A stretch of 64,000 nucleotides of DNA from Nitrospirota bacterium (GTDB taxonomy: Bacteria > Nitrospirota > JACRHJ01), in assembly GCA_016212105.1 (NCBI GenBank), contig JACRHJ010000046.1, positions 30,136 through 94,135 on the forward strand, given 5' to 3'. A program made the position numbers and the translations under genes. Positions 47,806-58,132 of the stretch are shown here, piece after piece (position 1 is the first letter of the stretch; every line of letters starts with the position of its first letter). Under the pieces are notes generated by a model. That model saw only the letters and a list, made by a program, of their open reading frames with translations, ran no database searches and was not told the DNA's origin.

Positions 47806-50800
47806 CTCGGCTCCTCCGGCATACCCGCCACGGTAGAGATCATGCCCTTCGTATCCACTTTCCTTATCAGGTTGTCGTCCTGTATATACATGTTGTCCAT
47901 AGCGTCGAACTGTATCCCGACGGGTTTTATCAGGCGGGCCTCGGTCGCGGGGCCGCCGTCTCCGGTGTACCCGCACGAACCCCTGCCGACGACCGTGCTG
48001 ACAATGCCGTCAGCGGTTATCTTGCGTATGCGGAAGTTGCCCGTGTCCGTGACGAACACCTCGCCCAAAGAGTTTACCTCGATGTCCACCGGGTCGCGGA
48101 AGGCCGCGGTGGCCCCCGGCCCGTCCGACGTGAAGCCGGACTTGCCCTTGATGCCGGCGATTAGAGTGCAGTTGTATTCCGGGTCTATCCTGTAAATGCA
48201 ACCGCCGTCGATTATGTAGATGTTACCCGCCTTGTCCACTGCCATGCTGCCAACGGGGACGACCGGCCTTCTCTGGTCGCCCGGGTAGTAGCGGCTTATG
48301 CCGTCCATGTAGAGCCTGTCCGCTCGGCGGTCCTTATCGACTATCTGGTCCGCCTTTTTGAAGCAGTCGCCGGACCTGACGATGACCGAGGATATGGTCC
48401 CCTTGGCGTCTATCTTTCTGACCCTGTCGCCACCGTTCATATACAGCTCACCGGCGGGTGAGAAGTACATGGACCCGCCCCCGGAGATCTTTGCGGCCGT
48501 CGCCGGGCCGCCGTCTCCTGATATGCCCTCCGATTCCTCCCGCCCGGCCACGGTCGAGATTATTCCTTTGCCGTCCACCATTCTTATGAGTCGGCCGTCG
48601 GTGAGGTAGAGGTTGCCGGAGCGGTCGCATGCGAGCTGTTTCGGCCGTTTCAGGCAAGTCTCGATTGCTCTGACATTTTCTTCTACTATCCCACCGCATC
48701 CGCAGCCTGCATAACCAAGAAGCCAGCCGCCCGGCCCGACCTTCCAGACCTTGTAAGGTGTACCGAGGTCCTCGGCAATGAATATGTTCCCGGCCGGGTC
48801 GACGGCAAACCCTCCGATACGCATTGTGGCCTTGGTCGCCTGCGTACCGTTTACAATCTTGCTTTCCCGGAACTCGCCGCCAGCGAACAGGCTCATCCTG
48901 CCGTCCCCGTCCATCCTCCAAACAGATTGATATCCCAGATGGAAGACACCTTGATCGACAATGTATGACAGGGACGATTCCATGCCGTTTCGGACATCCG
49001 CTATGTTTCTCGTCCTGCCTGACGGTTCGATCTTCAGTATCCTGCATTCCTGATATTCGGTGGTGTACAGGTTCCCGTCGTCGTCCACTGTGACTGATGT
49101 AGGTTTAAACCGGAGGTCCAGCGCAGACGGCAGGCCGCCCTTGTACTCTGGGTGCGCCTCGAAGTCCTCGAATTTACCTCCACCCGCTACTGTCGTAATG
49201 ATGCCGTTATTGCCGACCTTCCTGATGCGGCCGTTCTCCTTGTCTGCAATGAACATGTTGCCGAGCATGTCCAGTGAGACGGCCACTGGGAAGTTGAGGC
49301 TTGCGAGGGTTGCCTGGCCTCCGTCTCCCGCGATGCGCCCCACATACTCGTACCGGCCGTAATGCTTCTCCTTTGTCATAAAGCCGTCACCGGCGACGGT
49401 ATTTATTATCCCCTTCTTGTCTATCACTCGGATGCGGTGGTTGTTCGTGTCCGCTATGTACAGGTTACCGCGGGTATCCATCTTGATGTCGGACGGTCGG
49501 TTCAGCAGTGCGAATGCGGCCGGCCCGCCGTCTCCGAGCGGGACCAGCGCCGGGTCTGCCCCTCTTTCTTTCAGCGCGTCCTTGTGCAGGCCTCCTGCGA
49601 ATGTCGTGATTACGCCGTCCGTGTCCACCATCCTTATAGTATTGCCGTCTATGAAGTACAGGTTGCCTTCACTGTCCAGAGCCGCATCTTTCGGCTCGCC
49701 CAGCCTCGCGCGCAGGGCGTCGCCGCCGTCCCCGCAGTACCCCTGTAAACCGTTACCTGCTATCACGTACGCGCGCCCGTCTTTATCGAGCTTTACAATC
49801 CGGAACTTTCTGCCGTCGACGATGTAAGAGTTGCCGTTCTTGTCCATCGCAAAGCCGCTTGGGTACTCTATGGTCGACAGAAGCTTCAGGCTATCGAGTT
49901 TTGTCGGATTAAGGTTTCTTTCTACAGGTTTGGTCAGGTCCGCAAGCGTAAGTCCCGTACATGGCTCGACAATCGTGGCCGGGTCTTTATAGTCTGGTGT
50001 ACCGTTACCAGCGACAACAGCAATTCTAGCGTATGAATTATCACTGCCGAGCCTAAGCAGCCGGCTCCGCCTCTGCACTGCCTCGCGCACATCATTATTA
50101 TCGGCAGACTGAAAATGGATCTGCCCGAATCTATCGACATAGCCTGGCCAGCTCTGCTGGTTGTATGGATATTCTACATGTACTTCATTGACGGTTATTG
50201 TTCTAACAAGGTCCGGCCTTGATATACGGTTCATCGGTACGGTCATCCTTCCGGCGGTTTCCAGTCTCATCACCGTGTGGCTTGTTGGAAGGGAAAAATA
50301 TAAAGCATCCTTGTTGTCCAGCGCGATATAGAACCTGGATTTCTTGTATTCGGTTCCATTATTTAACTTCGTTGTAGAACTGTTTTCCACAAGAGCTAAT
50401 GTCAATATGTCATGTCTTGTCAGGACCCTTACGCAGTGGTTGCCGAAGTCCGCTAAGTAGATGTTTCCTGATGAGTCTACGTCAATGTCGCTAATCCAGA
50501 GGTGATCAATCGTGCCGCTGTAAAGAATGGTGGAGATTATCCCTGCTTTATCCACTTTCCGGATATTGTCGCCGCAGGCAATATACAGGTTGCCGCCGGA
50601 GTCAAGGGCGATGTCTTTCACCCATCCGATAGCTGCCAGGGTAGCCGGCCCGCCGTCACCGCTTGAACCTTTGCTGCCGTCTCCCGCAACGGTGCTGATT
50701 ATTCCGTTGAGGTCTATTTTCCTGACGCGGCTGTTTCCTCCATCTCCAATGTAAATATTTCCCTGACTGTCAACTACTACGCCCTCAGGGCTGTTAAGCT

Positions 50801-51284
50801 CAGCATATAACGCCGGCCCACCGTCGCCGGAATATTTGCTGGGGGAAACGAAGTAATTTAGCCCCGCGATAGGTGTATAATTGCCGTTCGCGTCTATTTT
50901 GCTGATCATATTATTCAGGCTGTCAGCTATGTAGATATTTCCGGAACTGTCCACCGCAATATCTTCCGGATTGTACAATACCGTTGATAGATACTGACTT
51001 TCTCCTCTTGCTTCTTTTTCTGCCTGATAGTGAGGCGCTTCCAAGGTTGTGATAAACCCTTCCTTGTCCACCTTGCGGATGAGGTTATTGTCCGTATCTG
51101 CAATGTACATATTGCCGGCATTGTCGAAGGCTATGCCGTGCGGGTTGTTGAGGCTTGTCTTGGCGGCCTCGACCAGCCTTAGGCTGGCGTAAGGGTCCTT
51201 GACCGCGGTTGACTGTACCGGGCAGCAGGCGGTGAATGCCAGTACTGTAGATATTAGGATTGCTGCAACCGTAAGTCGCGTCAT
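47802..51284 (-). CDS. NHL-repeat beta-propeller protein, 1160 aa (probable lipoprotein)
   Basis: The N-terminus is AILISTVLAFTAC. It has multiple NHL repeats (GNMYIADTDNNLIRKVDKEGFITT..., GNLYIADTNNHRIRVIDKKGIINTVAG). Confidence 0.75.
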   Translation of the reverse strand: MTRLTVAAILISTVLAFTACCPVQSTAVKDPYASLRLVEAAKTSLNNPHGIAFDNAGNMYIADTDNNLIRKVDKEGFITTLEAPHYQAEKEARGESQYLSTVLYNPEDIAVDSSGNIYIADSLNNMISKIDANGNYTPIAGLNYFVSPSKYSGDGGPALYAELNSPEGVVVDSQGNIYIGDGGNSRVRKIDLNGIISTVAGDGSKGSSGDGGPATLAAIGWVKDIALDSGGNLYIACGDNIRKVDKAGIISTILYSGTIDHLWISDIDVDSSGNIYLADFGNHCVRVLTRHDILTLALVENSSTTKLNNGTEYKKSRFYIALDNKDALYFSLPTSHTVMRLETAGRMTVPMNRISRPDLVRTITVNEVHVEYPYNQQSWPGYVDRFGQIHFQSADNNDVREAVQRRSRLLRLGSDNSYARIAVVAGNGTPDYKDPATIVEPCTGLTLADLTKPVERNLNPTKLDSLKLLSTIEYPSGFAMDKNGNSYIVDGRKFRIVKLDKDGRAYVIAGNGLQGYCGDGGDALRARLGEPKDAALDSEGNLYFIDGNTIRMVDTDGVITTFAGGLHKDALKERGADPALVPLGDGGPAAFALLNRPSDIKMDTRGNLYIADTNNHRIRVIDKKGIINTVAGDGFMTKEKHYGRYEYVGRIAGDGGQATLASLNFPVAVSLDMLGNMFIADKENGRIRKVGNNGIITTVAGGGKFEDFEAHPEYKGGLPSALDLRFKPTSVTVDDDGNLYTTEYQECRILKIEPSGRTRNIADVRNGMESSLSYIVDQGVFHLGYQSVWRMDGDGRMSLFAGGEFRESKIVNGTQATKATMRIGGFAVDPAGNIFIAEDLGTPYKVWKVGPGGWLLGYAGCGCGGIVEENVRAIETCLKRPKQLACDRSGNLYLTDGRLIRMVDGKGIISTVAGREESEGISGDGGPATAAKISGGGSMYFSPAGELYMNGGDRVRKIDAKGTISSVIVRSGDCFKKADQIVDKDRRADRLYMDGISRYYPGDQRRPVVPVGSMAVDKAGNIYIIDGGCIYRIDPEYNCTLIAGIKGKSGFTSDGPGATAAFRDPVDIEVNSLGEVFVTDTGNFRIRKITADGIVSTVVGRGSCGYTGDGGPATEARLIKPVGIQFDAMDNMYIQDDNLIRKVDTKGMISTVAGMPEEPR

Positions 51285-51360
51285 TGTTATGTCCCCTTAT
51301 GGGTATCCATCCGCTGTTAACTTTCGAGATGACGAAAGTCCGCCGAATCACCTGCTCTGT

Positions 51361-52107
51361 TCAGAAGCGATAACCATCGTAACCTCTCTCGAACTCCCTG
51401 TCGGAAAGGCCTGGGTTGACCTTGAGATCTTTGTAGCCGTAGCTCTCAAGCAGCTCTCCCGACCAGCCGTAGACCATTATCTTCACCGGCAGGCGCAGGG
51501 CCTGGTCTTGCCATATCTCGGACCGTCGGGCATAGAAAACGCCCTTGCCGTCCGCCGGGGCCTCTACAACTATCAACCTGGCCGGCCTTCCGAACACTGT
51601 ACTGTCCATTACGGTTATCGTCCCTACACCGGCCTTCCTGGCCTTGCCGACCTCCCCGGTCACGATGTCCAGCATCCTGCCGATGCCGACGTCCGTGACC
51701 GGATGCCTGTTGCCTCTCATTGCGACCTTGCCGTCCGGGTCCAGGTTCATGACAATAGACCGGGTAAAGCCTCCGCCATGGGCAACCAGCCTGTTGCCGT
51801 TGGTACCGGTGGCGTACAGCAACTCGCGGCCCTCCCCAGGGCCCGGCAGCCATTTCATATAAATCTTGAACGGCTTCTTGAACTTCAGCTCGATGCTTTC
51901 GGCCGGAAGGAGTTTGCCGTCCACGCGTTCCTGTTTCTGGAAGTTCGCGGTATAGTCGGTCACGCGGGCATACGCCTCGCGCATCCGGTCGAGCTCCCTG
52001 ATGGCATCCTTGTCGAAAGACGCGCATGGCGAGACGCCGGGCCACAGGGCAAGGACTGCCGAGGCTGCGAGCAGGGCACGCATAATATAACTCATCATTT
52101 TATCCAT
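51361..52107 (-). CDS. DUF1571/LolA-like outer-membrane lipoprotein-sorting-like protein
   Basis: It has a signal peptide (ALLAASAVLALWPGVSPCA) and is about 230 aa, resembling the LolA-like fold family. It overlaps the upstream radical SAM gene by 13 nt. Confidence 0.45.
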   Translation of the reverse strand: MDKMMSYIMRALLAASAVLALWPGVSPCASFDKDAIRELDRMREAYARVTDYTANFQKQERVDGKLLPAESIELKFKKPFKIYMKWLPGPGEGRELLYATGTNGNRLVAHGGGFTRSIVMNLDPDGKVAMRGNRHPVTDVGIGRMLDIVTGEVGKARKAGVGTITVMDSTVFGRPARLIVVEAPADGKGVFYARRSEIWQDQALRLPVKIMVYGWSGELLESYGYKDLKVNPGLSDREFERGYDGYRF

Positions 52108-53273
52108 TCCATCAGCACGGGCAGGCCGTCTCCCCGGCAGCTCTTGATGATGTCGACCGCATCCGTCAACGACACTGGACGCGGGACGTTAGGGAAACCG
52201 TTCATATGCGAGGCGAGGCAGTGCCGCGACGGCGCTTCGATATTCGCGGAGAGACTGTCGAGGACCTCGCCGAGCCCCTCTGCGTACACGTTGCCGAACG
52301 AGACCGGGAGGAAGTCGCACGGGTAGACATCGCCGCCCGCGTTAATGTAGATAAAGGTATACCCGGCCTGGCATCCCAGGTAGTCCGGGCCTTCGAGCCG
52401 TGTCATTGTCGAGATGCGGACAGGAGCTCCTTTAATGCTCTGGCCGAGTCCCGGGTCGCGAAGCCTCATTTTCGTGTGTTCGGGAAGTTCTCTTGTTTTG
52501 GAACCTGTCCTGACCGGCATCGGGTCGAGGAGCAGTATCTCGTCCACACCGATGCTTCCGCAGAAGGATACGTACCGCTCCCATACGCCTTCGCTCAGCA
52601 ATTCCTCCGACGCGACCGCCTGCGCCGCCGTATGCACGCCGTATTTCTTGAACAGCCCCATAGCCCGGACGGCGTCATCAAAAGTGCCTGGCCGGTGCCT
52701 TGTATTGTCGTGCGACTCACGGTCGAAGTGGTCCAGGCTCACGAACGCCCGGCACAGTCCCGCACCTGCGAGCTGTGAGGCGCGGCCCGCGTCGAGCCCG
52801 ATGCCGGTAGTAAAGAGCGTGGTACATACCTCTTCGCCGCACAGCCCGACAATATCCACGAGGTCATCGCGAAGCAGGGGCTCGCCGCCTGTGAATGCGA
52901 CGCATGCTGTGCCCGCGTCCTTCAGCTCGGCAAGCAGCCTCCCGACCATCTCGAACGTCGGCTCGACGCGGCCAGAGGGAATGTTCGAGCACCGCTCGCA
53001 CCCGCAATCGCAGCGGTCTGTGAGGGAGATATGCGCCATGACCGGGACGCGCTCACCATGGGATACCCTTTTAAGGGAGTTCAGGTATCGGCCGAACGCG
53101 CGGCTCCCGACTGGCGGGGCCAGGTGGTGTATGTCTATCCCGTATCTCGTCCGAATCGGACGCGCGTCCCTCATGGACCTCCACATGGCGCGTGATATTG
53201 AAGGAGGCAGCGTCCATGCCTCGCGATGCCAGAGTGTGGCGAGCAGCATCCGTACGCGCCATGCGGTGTTCAT
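52095..53273 (-). CDS. radical SAM enzyme with C-terminal SPASM/twitch domain
   Basis: The radical SAM cluster is CDCGCERC (CX3CX2C), followed by GGEPLL. The SPASM start is GCQAGYTFIYINAGGDVYPCDF. Its ATGA start overlaps the aminotransferase stop. Confidence 0.8.
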   Translation of the reverse strand: MNTAWRVRMLLATLWHREAWTLPPSISRAMWRSMRDARPIRTRYGIDIHHLAPPVGSRAFGRYLNSLKRVSHGERVPVMAHISLTDRCDCGCERCSNIPSGRVEPTFEMVGRLLAELKDAGTACVAFTGGEPLLRDDLVDIVGLCGEEVCTTLFTTGIGLDAGRASQLAGAGLCRAFVSLDHFDRESHDNTRHRPGTFDDAVRAMGLFKKYGVHTAAQAVASEELLSEGVWERYVSFCGSIGVDEILLLDPMPVRTGSKTRELPEHTKMRLRDPGLGQSIKGAPVRISTMTRLEGPDYLGCQAGYTFIYINAGGDVYPCDFLPVSFGNVYAEGLGEVLDSLSANIEAPSRHCLASHMNGFPNVPRPVSLTDAVDIIKSCRGDGLPVLMEWIK

Positions 53274-54613
53274 AACGGCCGCCCGAGGACGCTCTTCATA
53301 AATGCGGACCCAGCCGCCGAGCCGAACGACGGGCAGGCAGTTAGCACCGTATCAAGCGTGGACGTAAACCTGTCCACATGCTCAGGACAGGCGACAAGCG
53401 GGGGCTCGGCCCGGAGGACGTTCGGCGAGAGAGTGCACGAATGGGACACGATGCCGTGGTCGCGCAGCAGGAGGGCGGCAATGACATGCGTGAACAGCCC
53501 GTCCCGCGCCCACGCTGGTACGGCCCTGGAAAGTACTCCCTCCGGCCGCGTGAACTCTATCCCCACGAGCAGCCCCTCTCCGTGGATGTCTGTGATTACG
53601 GTATGGCGGCGCTTGAGGCCGTCGAGTAACCCGGCAAGCCGGACGCCCATCTCGCGCGCGTTGTCCGGAAGCCTTTCGGCCTCGACTATACCGATAGTTT
53701 CAAGTCCCGCTGTCATCGCAAGGTGGCCGCCGGCAAACGTCGATGCGGTGAGCGTGCAGCGTTCCGGCCCGGTGAACGCGCGCTTCCATACGTCGCCGGT
53801 CATCAGCGTCGCCGCGACGGGGACCATGCCGCCCGAAAGCGCCTTGCCGACAACGAGCGCGTCGGGGATTACGTCGGCGAAGTCCGTGGCGAACATTCGG
53901 CCTGTCCGCCCGAGCCCGGTCTGTACCTCGTCTATGATTAACAGGCAGCCATGCCGGGCGCATATCCTGCTCGCCTCCTTCAGGTATCCTTCGGCAGGGA
54001 CTCGCATACCTCCCTCGGCCTGTACCGGCTCTACGATGAACGCGGCAGGCTTTAGCTTGCCGCAGGTGGCTTCGAGCGCGTCCAGGTCGTCGAACGGTAT
54101 GTGAGCGGACCACGATGGCAGCGGCCCGGCGAGGGCGCGTCTCTTCTCGTCGCCCATCAGCGGCAGCGTCCCGGTGGTCTGGCCATGGTAGCCGCCATCG
54201 CACGCAAGTATGACCTGTCTCCCGGTTGCCGCCCGCGCCGCGCGTACTGCGGTGTCGACCGCCTCCGCCCCGGAGTTGGCGAAGCTCACGCGGTCAAGCG
54301 CAGGGTGGGTGAGCCGGGTCAGTCTCTCGGCAAGCAGCCCGGCGGACAGCGGCGCGTCTACATTCAGCATCGAGGCCTGCCCATCCGCGAGGGAGGCCGT
54401 GAGTCTTTCGATGAGGCGCGGGTGGTTGTGGCCTATGTTGTGGACTCCGAATCCGGCGAGGAAGTCGGTATACACCCTGCCGGTATAGTCGGTCAGCTCC
54501 ATCCCGCGTGCACGGACGAACATACGGCCGTAGTCGAGCGCCTCGAGCATCCGGACAAGGTCCGGGTTGACGAACTTCCGGTATAGCTCGTGCGCCTTTT
54601 CCAGCTCGTTCAT
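53270..54613 (-). CDS. class III PLP-dependent aminotransferase (acetylornithine/omega-aminotransferase family)
   Basis: The protein is 447 aa. It carries the aminotransferase class III motif (...LIIDEVQTGLGRTGRMFA...). The PLP-binding lysine sits in GKALSGG. Confidence 0.8.
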   Translation of the reverse strand: MNELEKAHELYRKFVNPDLVRMLEALDYGRMFVRARGMELTDYTGRVYTDFLAGFGVHNIGHNHPRLIERLTASLADGQASMLNVDAPLSAGLLAERLTRLTHPALDRVSFANSGAEAVDTAVRAARAATGRQVILACDGGYHGQTTGTLPLMGDEKRRALAGPLPSWSAHIPFDDLDALEATCGKLKPAAFIVEPVQAEGGMRVPAEGYLKEASRICARHGCLLIIDEVQTGLGRTGRMFATDFADVIPDALVVGKALSGGMVPVAATLMTGDVWKRAFTGPERCTLTASTFAGGHLAMTAGLETIGIVEAERLPDNAREMGVRLAGLLDGLKRRHTVITDIHGEGLLVGIEFTRPEGVLSRAVPAWARDGLFTHVIAALLLRDHGIVSHSCTLSPNVLRAEPPLVACPEHVDRFTSTLDTVLTACPSFGSAAGSAFMKSVLGRPL

Positions 54614-56088
54614 CGCTTCAGCCTCGATACGGCGTCCGGGTAGATACTCTCCCAGGCCGCGTACCCCCCGTAGACCACGCGCACCCTAGGATGGCCGGCG
54701 TTGGCGAGCCGGTATCCGGCCTGGAACGAGAATATCCCCGTCCCGCACATGAGCACAACCTCTCTGTCCCAGGGTATCTGCTTGAAGTACCGCTCGAAGT
54801 ATATGTGCGACCACTCCTTCGCGCCCGGTATGCCTTCCTTCAGCATGCGCTCGTAAGGGAAACGGAGGTCTACGAGGAAGGTATCCGGCGACTCGATACG
54901 TTCGGCCGTCAGCTGTTGCGGGTCCATGTATGCGAACCCTGCCGGGTCGTGGGCGAGAACCTTTCCGAGTACCTTCAGGACGTAGCGCATGTCGGCCTCG
55001 GCCGTCGTCCTGCCCATGCTCATCCTTATCGAGGACAGCGCCTCCGCCTCGGACAGCCCCATGCCGATGAGCACATGCGATGGTTCGACGCGGTCTGCGG
55101 TACAGGCCGAGCCGATGGAGACGCAGACCTCATAGCAGTCGAGCCCGGCGAGAATGCGAATGTTCTCCCGGCCGGGGAACGTGAGGTTAATCGTCCCCGG
55201 GAGCTGAGAACCGGCGGGGGCATCGTTAACTATAATATCCGGGACAAGACTCCTGAGACCTTCGAGGAAATACTCGCGGAGCCTTGCAAGCCGTGCGAAA
55301 TCGCCCTCACGGCGCTCCGCCGCGAGCAAGGCCGCCCTGGCGAGTCCGGCAATCTGGTGCACACCCTCGGTCCCGGTGCGGAGCCCGCGCTCCTGGTCGC
55401 CTCCGCTTATGAGCGGGATGAGCTTCGCGCCGTCCCGGACGAAGATCGCGCCCGCGCCTTTCGGACCGTTTATCTTGTGCGCGGAGAGCGTGAGGTAGTC
55501 GCATCCGATGTCGTCAACATTTACACCAATCTTCCCGAACGACTGGACGGCGTCGGTGTGGAAGGGTATGCCCGCATCCCTGGCTATTTTGCCGATATCC
55601 TCGACAGGCTGCAGCGCGCCGGTCTCGTTGTTCGCGTGCATTACGGAAACGAGTATCGTGTCAGGACGTATAGCGGCCTTCACATCGACCGCCTTGACCA
55701 GCCCGTCCCGTCCCGCTGGCAGATAGGTTACGTCGCCGCCAGCGAGCTGCACCTGCTGGCACGCGCCGAGCACGGAGTCATGCTCTATGGCCGTAGTGAT
55801 GATGTGCCCCCGCCTGCCAGCGGCCTCGAAAACGCCCCTGATTACCGTGTTGTTGCCCTCGGTCCCGCCGGAGGTGAAATATATCTCCGAGGAGTTGCAC
55901 CCGAGTATCCCTGCAACCGTGTCCCGCGCGGTCTCCACGATGCCGCGCGCGTCCCGGCCCCTGGTATGAAGCGAAGACGGGTTGCCCCAGCGGCCTCGAA
56001 GGATTCGTGACATCTCCTCCGCGACTTCTTTTGCGACTGGTGTAGTCGCGTTGTGGTCCAGGTAAACCTGCCTTGGTATGTGGAACAT
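54610..56088 (-). CDS. cysteine desulfurase (NifS/IscS class V aminotransferase) fused to a C-terminal rhodanese domain
   Basis: The NifS N-terminus is YLDHNATTPV and the PLP lysine is in SAHKINGPKGAG. The active-site Cys loop is SIGSACTADR. The C-terminal rhodanese domain has the catalytic CGTG motif. Its ATGA start overlaps the aminotransferase gene. Confidence 0.8.
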   Translation of the reverse strand: MFHIPRQVYLDHNATTPVAKEVAEEMSRILRGRWGNPSSLHTRGRDARGIVETARDTVAGILGCNSSEIYFTSGGTEGNNTVIRGVFEAAGRRGHIITTAIEHDSVLGACQQVQLAGGDVTYLPAGRDGLVKAVDVKAAIRPDTILVSVMHANNETGALQPVEDIGKIARDAGIPFHTDAVQSFGKIGVNVDDIGCDYLTLSAHKINGPKGAGAIFVRDGAKLIPLISGGDQERGLRTGTEGVHQIAGLARAALLAAERREGDFARLARLREYFLEGLRSLVPDIIVNDAPAGSQLPGTINLTFPGRENIRILAGLDCYEVCVSIGSACTADRVEPSHVLIGMGLSEAEALSSIRMSMGRTTAEADMRYVLKVLGKVLAHDPAGFAYMDPQQLTAERIESPDTFLVDLRFPYERMLKEGIPGAKEWSHIYFERYFKQIPWDREVVLMCGTGIFSFQAGYRLANAGHPRVRVVYGGYAAWESIYPDAVSRLKR

Positions 56089-56097
56089 CTCACCGCC

Positions 56098-56730
56098 TCA
56101 GTAGATGTATGGTATGAACCTGTAACGGACGTCCGACATGTACTCGCGGTATCCGGACTTAGTCACGAGGAACCGCTCCTCGAGGACTGCGCGGTATACG
56201 TAGGCCGCGGACGATATTACGAACAGCGCGAATACCGCGGGTGCCGGGTGGCTGATGAGATACCCGGCGCGGAGCAGGATGTCCGTCCCGTACATGGGGT
56301 GGCGTACCACTGAGTACAGGCCCGTCCGCCTGACCTCCCGGTACGCGATGAGTATCCCGAAGCTCCGGCCGAGGTTGATGAGCGATATGAGCCCGAGCAC
56401 GTTCGCCGTCATGATGACCGTTTTCGAGACTGTAAGAGCGGCCTCCCCGGTGCTCTCCGCTGCGCCTGTAAAGAACACACCCGAGAAAAACGCCGCGAGC
56501 GCTACACCCTGATGAAGGACATTCCTGTCTACTGTGATGTGGTCTTTCCTGACGAGGATAAGCACGACCATGACGAGGTTCTGGAGCGTGAACGCGGCCT
56601 CGATGTAGTCGAACCTGCCCTCCCGCCATGCGGTGTACGCCTGATAGCCGAGCCAGCCGGCGAGGTTAACGAACAGGTATAAGTTGAACGCCTTCTGGCC
56701 GTGTCTGTCTATGAACTCGCGGAGCGTCAT
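56098..56730 (-). CDS. isoprenylcysteine carboxyl methyltransferase (ICMT/PEMT) family membrane methyltransferase
   Basis: The ATG at 56730 overlaps the upstream gene by 4 nt, and the track ORF is longer. It has 4-5 TM helices and the family motif VRHPMYG...EERFL. Confidence 0.6.
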   Translation of the reverse strand: MTLREFIDRHGQKAFNLYLFVNLAGWLGYQAYTAWREGRFDYIEAAFTLQNLVMVVLILVRKDHITVDRNVLHQGVALAAFFSGVFFTGAAESTGEAALTVSKTVIMTANVLGLISLINLGRSFGILIAYREVRRTGLYSVVRHPMYGTDILLRAGYLISHPAPAVFALFVISSAAYVYRAVLEERFLVTKSGYREYMSDVRYRFIPYIY

Positions 56731-58130
56731 CCCATAAACCTTGGGGTGTTGTTTCGGACGCAGGCCGGGAGGACGCGGCCGTCCGGCTGTGGGTAGCCCT
56801 GGCAGCAGCGCCTGACGCGGGCGATGTCGAACGTGTCCCTGTCCTGGAAGGCGTGTATGAAGATGGACTTGACCTTGCGCTCCATCATCGTGAACGCGGC
56901 CCTCGGGTCGAAGCAGCAGGCCGGCGCCTCCGACATCTCGCGCAGTATGCCGCGCAGCGCGGAGAGTACCGCCAGGCTCTCCGGCGCGGCGGCCACCGGG
57001 CCGGACCACAGGTCGTACACCATCTGCCTCAGGCGCGCGTGCTCATCGGGATCGAGCCCGTATACAACGCGGTTCGCGAGCGAGTCGAGCATGCCGTCCA
57101 TGTCCGCGAGCCTGGCGAAGGCCACCGCCTGCCCGCCTACGGTCATAAGGTAGAACGCGAGCGAGAAGCAGAGCGGGTGGCTGCACGGGAGCGGTATGAA
57201 GTCCTCGCGCGATACGAACGGTACGCCGGCCTCACCGATGAGCCGCGTGATGTCCGGTATGGTGAGCCGTCGCTCCTTGCCCGGCATGTCCTTAGCGCGG
57301 CCGGTGTAGGCGAGCGGCTGGACCATCAGGCTCACGATATTATCGTAACCGAAGAGGCAGCCGAGTATCTCCGGGAAGCGGTCGTCGTTTATGCCCGTTG
57401 CGGCCGTCATCACGAGCGAGGTAGTTACGTCCGCATCCTTCAATGTATCGAGTATCTCGCGCTTCTCGTACGCAAGTGGCCTTCCGCGAAGCTTTACGCA
57501 GACCTCGTCCGAGAACCCGTCGAGCTGCAGGGACACCACTACGTTTCTGGCCTTCAGCTCGCTCACGAGCGCTGGGTTGCGCAGAAGCCTCAGCCCGTTT
57601 GTCGAGATGCTTACACGCACTATCGCCTCGCGCGCGAGTGCCATGTCCACGATACGGAGGATGTCCTGGTGCAGGAGCGGTTCGCCGCCGGAGATGTTAA
57701 GGAGGTCTATCCTGCCTTCGGCCGCTACGAGCCTGTCGAGTATGCCGCCGAACTCATCCGGCGTCATGTCCCATGCCGAGCCGGCAGGCCCGCCAGACTC
57801 GTTGATGCAGATGGGGCATGCGAGGTCGCAGCGGGAGGTTATCTCTATAATCGGCATGCAGAGGTGCTGCTCGTGACGGGAGCAGTATCCGCATCCGTCC
57901 GGGCAAGGCGCGGACGCGTCTCCGTGCGCGGCCATCGGGACGGATGCGGGTTTGACGTACCTGAGCGTGCGCATATAATCGTCCGCGTCCGAGCGTATGA
58001 ACGCCCGCGACTCCCCGTGCTCCGGGCAGAACTTCAGCATGTGCACGTTCCCGCCGTCCTCGACGACCTTGGCCGGTGCTGGTTGTCCGCACTCCGCGCA
58101 GACAGACTGTGTAACAGTTATCAACCTCAT
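56727..58130 (-). CDS. radical SAM enzyme with N-terminal Cys-rich zinc-ribbon-like extension (paralog of 60885..62351)
   Basis: The ATG at 58130 gives MRLITVTQSVCAECG. The extension reads CX2C...CPEH then CPDGCGYCSRHEQHLC, and the radical SAM cluster is CDLACPIC, followed by GGEPLL. The conserved C-terminal tail is KSIFIHAFQDRDTFDIARVRRCC...DGRVLPAC. The track ORF is extended to 58538. Confidence 0.75.
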   Translation of the reverse strand: MRLITVTQSVCAECGQPAPAKVVEDGGNVHMLKFCPEHGESRAFIRSDADDYMRTLRYVKPASVPMAAHGDASAPCPDGCGYCSRHEQHLCMPIIEITSRCDLACPICINESGGPAGSAWDMTPDEFGGILDRLVAAEGRIDLLNISGGEPLLHQDILRIVDMALAREAIVRVSISTNGLRLLRNPALVSELKARNVVVSLQLDGFSDEVCVKLRGRPLAYEKREILDTLKDADVTTSLVMTAATGINDDRFPEILGCLFGYDNIVSLMVQPLAYTGRAKDMPGKERRLTIPDITRLIGEAGVPFVSREDFIPLPCSHPLCFSLAFYLMTVGGQAVAFARLADMDGMLDSLANRVVYGLDPDEHARLRQMVYDLWSGPVAAAPESLAVLSALRGILREMSEAPACCFDPRAAFTMMERKVKSIFIHAFQDRDTFDIARVRRCCQGYPQPDGRVLPACVRNNTPRFMG

Positions 58131-58132
58131 TA

